Shown here in pieces: positions 56,287 through 64,000 of a DNA stretch of 64,000 nucleotides (position 1 is its first letter; the number at the start of each line of letters is the position of its first letter). Source of the DNA: the human T2T-CHM13v2.0 reference genome, Homo sapiens; the NCBI RefSeq assembly GCF_009914755.1, contig NC_060930.1. One strand, 5' to 3'. The translations under genes were made by a program, and so were the position numbers. The notes below the pieces were generated by a model. The model was not told where the DNA came from, did no database searches, and saw only the letters and a program-made list of their open reading frames with translations.

Positions 56287-56588
56287 GGCTGGGCGCAATG
56301 GCTCATGCCTGTAATCACAGCATTTTGGGATGCCAGGGAAGGCAGATCACTTGAGGTCAGGAGTTTGAGACCAGCCTGGCCAACACGGTGAAACCCTGTC
56401 TCTATTAAAAATACAAAAATTAGCTGGGCATGGTGGCACACGCCTGTAATCCCAGCTACTTGGTAGGCTGAAGAGAAGAACAGCTTGAACACAGAAGGTG
56501 GAGGTTGCAGTGGGCTGAGATTGCGCCACTTCACTCCAGCCTGAGCAGAGTGAGACTCTGTCTCAACAACAACAACAACAACAACAAC
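56287..56588 (+). mobile_element. Alu (S-like) with (CAA)n tail, inserted into an older opposite-strand Alu monomer spanning about 56250-56746
   Basis: TSD agatg(a/c)ggtctctc splits a minus-strand Alu arm. Confidence 0.9.
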
Positions 56589-57414
56589 AGAGATGCGGTC
56601 TCTCCATGTTGCCCAGGCTTGAACACAGTGGCTATTCACAGGCATGATCATAGTTCACTGCAACCTCCAACTCCTGGGCCCCTAAGATCCTCCCTGCCTT
56701 AGCATCCTGAGTAGCCAGGACTACACGTACACAACCTAGCACCCAGCTCTTTCTTAAGATACAATTATGTGTTTATTGGCTTATTTTTTGTCTTTTCATT
56801 CACTGTTTCACACTTGGCACAAAACTGAGTGGCAGGTAACTTGAAACATACAAAATAAAACTTGCATGGCATAAAAGGGACATTTTCCAGTCTTTAATAC
56901 TAAGAACTAGAGATGATCATCACTAAAGTAAATCTTCAATACGTCCGTATCATCAACATTTAAATAGCTCACTAAATGCCACTTTTAATAAAGTTGAAAC
57001 CACTAAAATCCCTTGGAAAAACATCTGTTTTACCATGTGTTTGACACAGATGATGTTCAGAGAACACCTCAAAAGTTCTATAAACAAAAAAGTTCTATGA
57101 CTTCTAAACTACTAAAAGGCAATGACTGATCTTAGCTATTCTCCAATTATCTACTTTTAATTTCACAGTGAAATTGCTACACTAATTTGGGTAGTTCATT
57201 TCCATTCCTTGAATCTCTCAAGGCAATTTTACATTCATTATCTCATTCATCTCTGCAGCATATCTTCATATAATTTGTTACTGAATTAAACTTAACAGGG
57301 AAATAAATTCCACCATAGAGTTCTGTGGTCATATATGTTTGGATTAAAACCCCAGTTCTAACACTATTTAGTTGGGTGACCTTGAGCAATCTCTTTATTC
57401 CTTGCTAAGCCTCA

Positions 57415-58900
<1,486 letters not shown>

Positions 58901-60266
58901 ATCCTTCCAAGCTTCTTGTTTATTGTTTAAAAGAAGCATCACACTGTGTAAGTATATTTACCGTATTCGTTTTTCACTAGGAATCTGATCATTTGACTGG
59001 CCAGCAGCCAGTGTTTCTGCTGGCTCTAATTTCTCATGCTGGTGAATTTCTTCATCTGATTTGTGACTTTACTGTGAACTGCTGATTTTCCTTGAAACAT
59101 TATTTGTGGAAATTCTTGGAGGCCTGGGTTGAAGTAGCAGTCTTTCAGAGATGCACATTTCCTTTCTTGCCTCTTGGGATGCAACCAACCTGACAGCACT
59201 ATAATTAAATCCTTGGCATGAGGATTTTGGACCTCATTGGTACAACCAAGTCAACCTGAACTCATGTGATGGCCTTTCTCATGTTTTAGGAGAATTCACA
59301 TCCTGTCTTCCCCGACCCCTCCTAGTGCCTAGGTAAAGATAGGCAAGTTTCCTTACTGTTCACTCCCCATCCCCAGCCTCTCCACTGGCAAGTTTATTTT
59401 TATCAGTCATCCTTACATTGACAGTATGTCTCAGCCGACTCCCAATTATGCTTTATTTCCTATCCCCCTTTTCCTCTTTCCCCAGCAGAAACATTCAGGG
59501 ACAATCCAGCTCACATTCCAGCATTCCTGCTTTCATTTCATCTTTGGTCTTTATGGATTCCCTTCTTTCATGCCAACTAAGCAATGTATTTGGAAAGATG
59601 CTTTATAAATTTTTTACATTTCAGTTGTTTCAACTGGGAGGTTATTCAGAGTATACAAGCTGTCAAACTCTGAGAAACAGACACCGTTACAACTAATTTT
59701 CAACTAACTTGAAAAAAGGTTCATAGAACTCTGCATCTGAGTTGCAATTAACTTTGTTTATCCAGTGACAAACTACTAACCTCAAAAGACTACTCAGCAG
59801 GTGATCCACTCAAAGGTAATTCATCTTGGTGTACATAAAACAATGCTTTAAAAAAAAATCCCCATTCCTTAAAAGAAAAACAATTTAAGTAAAATACTAG
59901 CTGGTAATACAAAATTTGAAGAGAATAAGAAATGTACATTTGTTTATAATAAGAACAATGAAACAATTTTCTGGACTATGACATTTGTAGACGCAAAATC
60001 TTGGCTCAGTGAAATGTCAGATTCCTTAAATGTTCCCCCAACAATAAAGCATTTCCTGATGTGAAACCTTTATTTCACAAAATAACCACCTTATGGTTTC
60101 TGCCTGACAAGGTCCTGGAGCCAGTGATATTTGTTATGACCCCTCCCTACCCAAAGTCACTAAAGTATGCACCAAAGGCAAAGCACAGTAGAAATTTCCT
60201 TCAGTACTGCTGTCTAATCAGGTAAGCCTGAAGATGTGGCACAGATGAAAATTATTCAAGCTCCAA

Positions 60267-64000
<3,734 letters not shown>

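Overview
Primate (apparently human) genomic DNA covering the 3' part of PREP (prolyl endopeptidase / prolyl oligopeptidase, peptidase family S9A) on the minus strand. Seven complete coding exons and part of the last exon (exons 8-15 by recalled numbering) have GT-AG boundaries and compatible phases. They include the catalytic Ser (GGSNGG) and Asp (ADHDDRV). The introns hold two processed ribosomal-protein pseudogenes (RPL7A, RPL35), two near full-length Tigger1 DNA transposons, MLT LTRs, about 18 Alus, MER elements, and the 5' part of a full-length primate L1 antisense to PREP with an intact ORF0. The most unusual unexplained structures are two near-perfect fold-back hairpins built from an L2-tail-like AATAAA motif: a perfect 62-bp stem at 8605-8735 and a pri-miRNA-sized 34-bp stem at 29358-29439. 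Also notable are a 5'-inverted RPL7A retrocopy, a CpG-retaining RPL35 retrocopy, and an inverted-Alu layout around frame-symmetric exons 8-9. Repeat subfamily names and reference proteins are recalled from memory, not searched.
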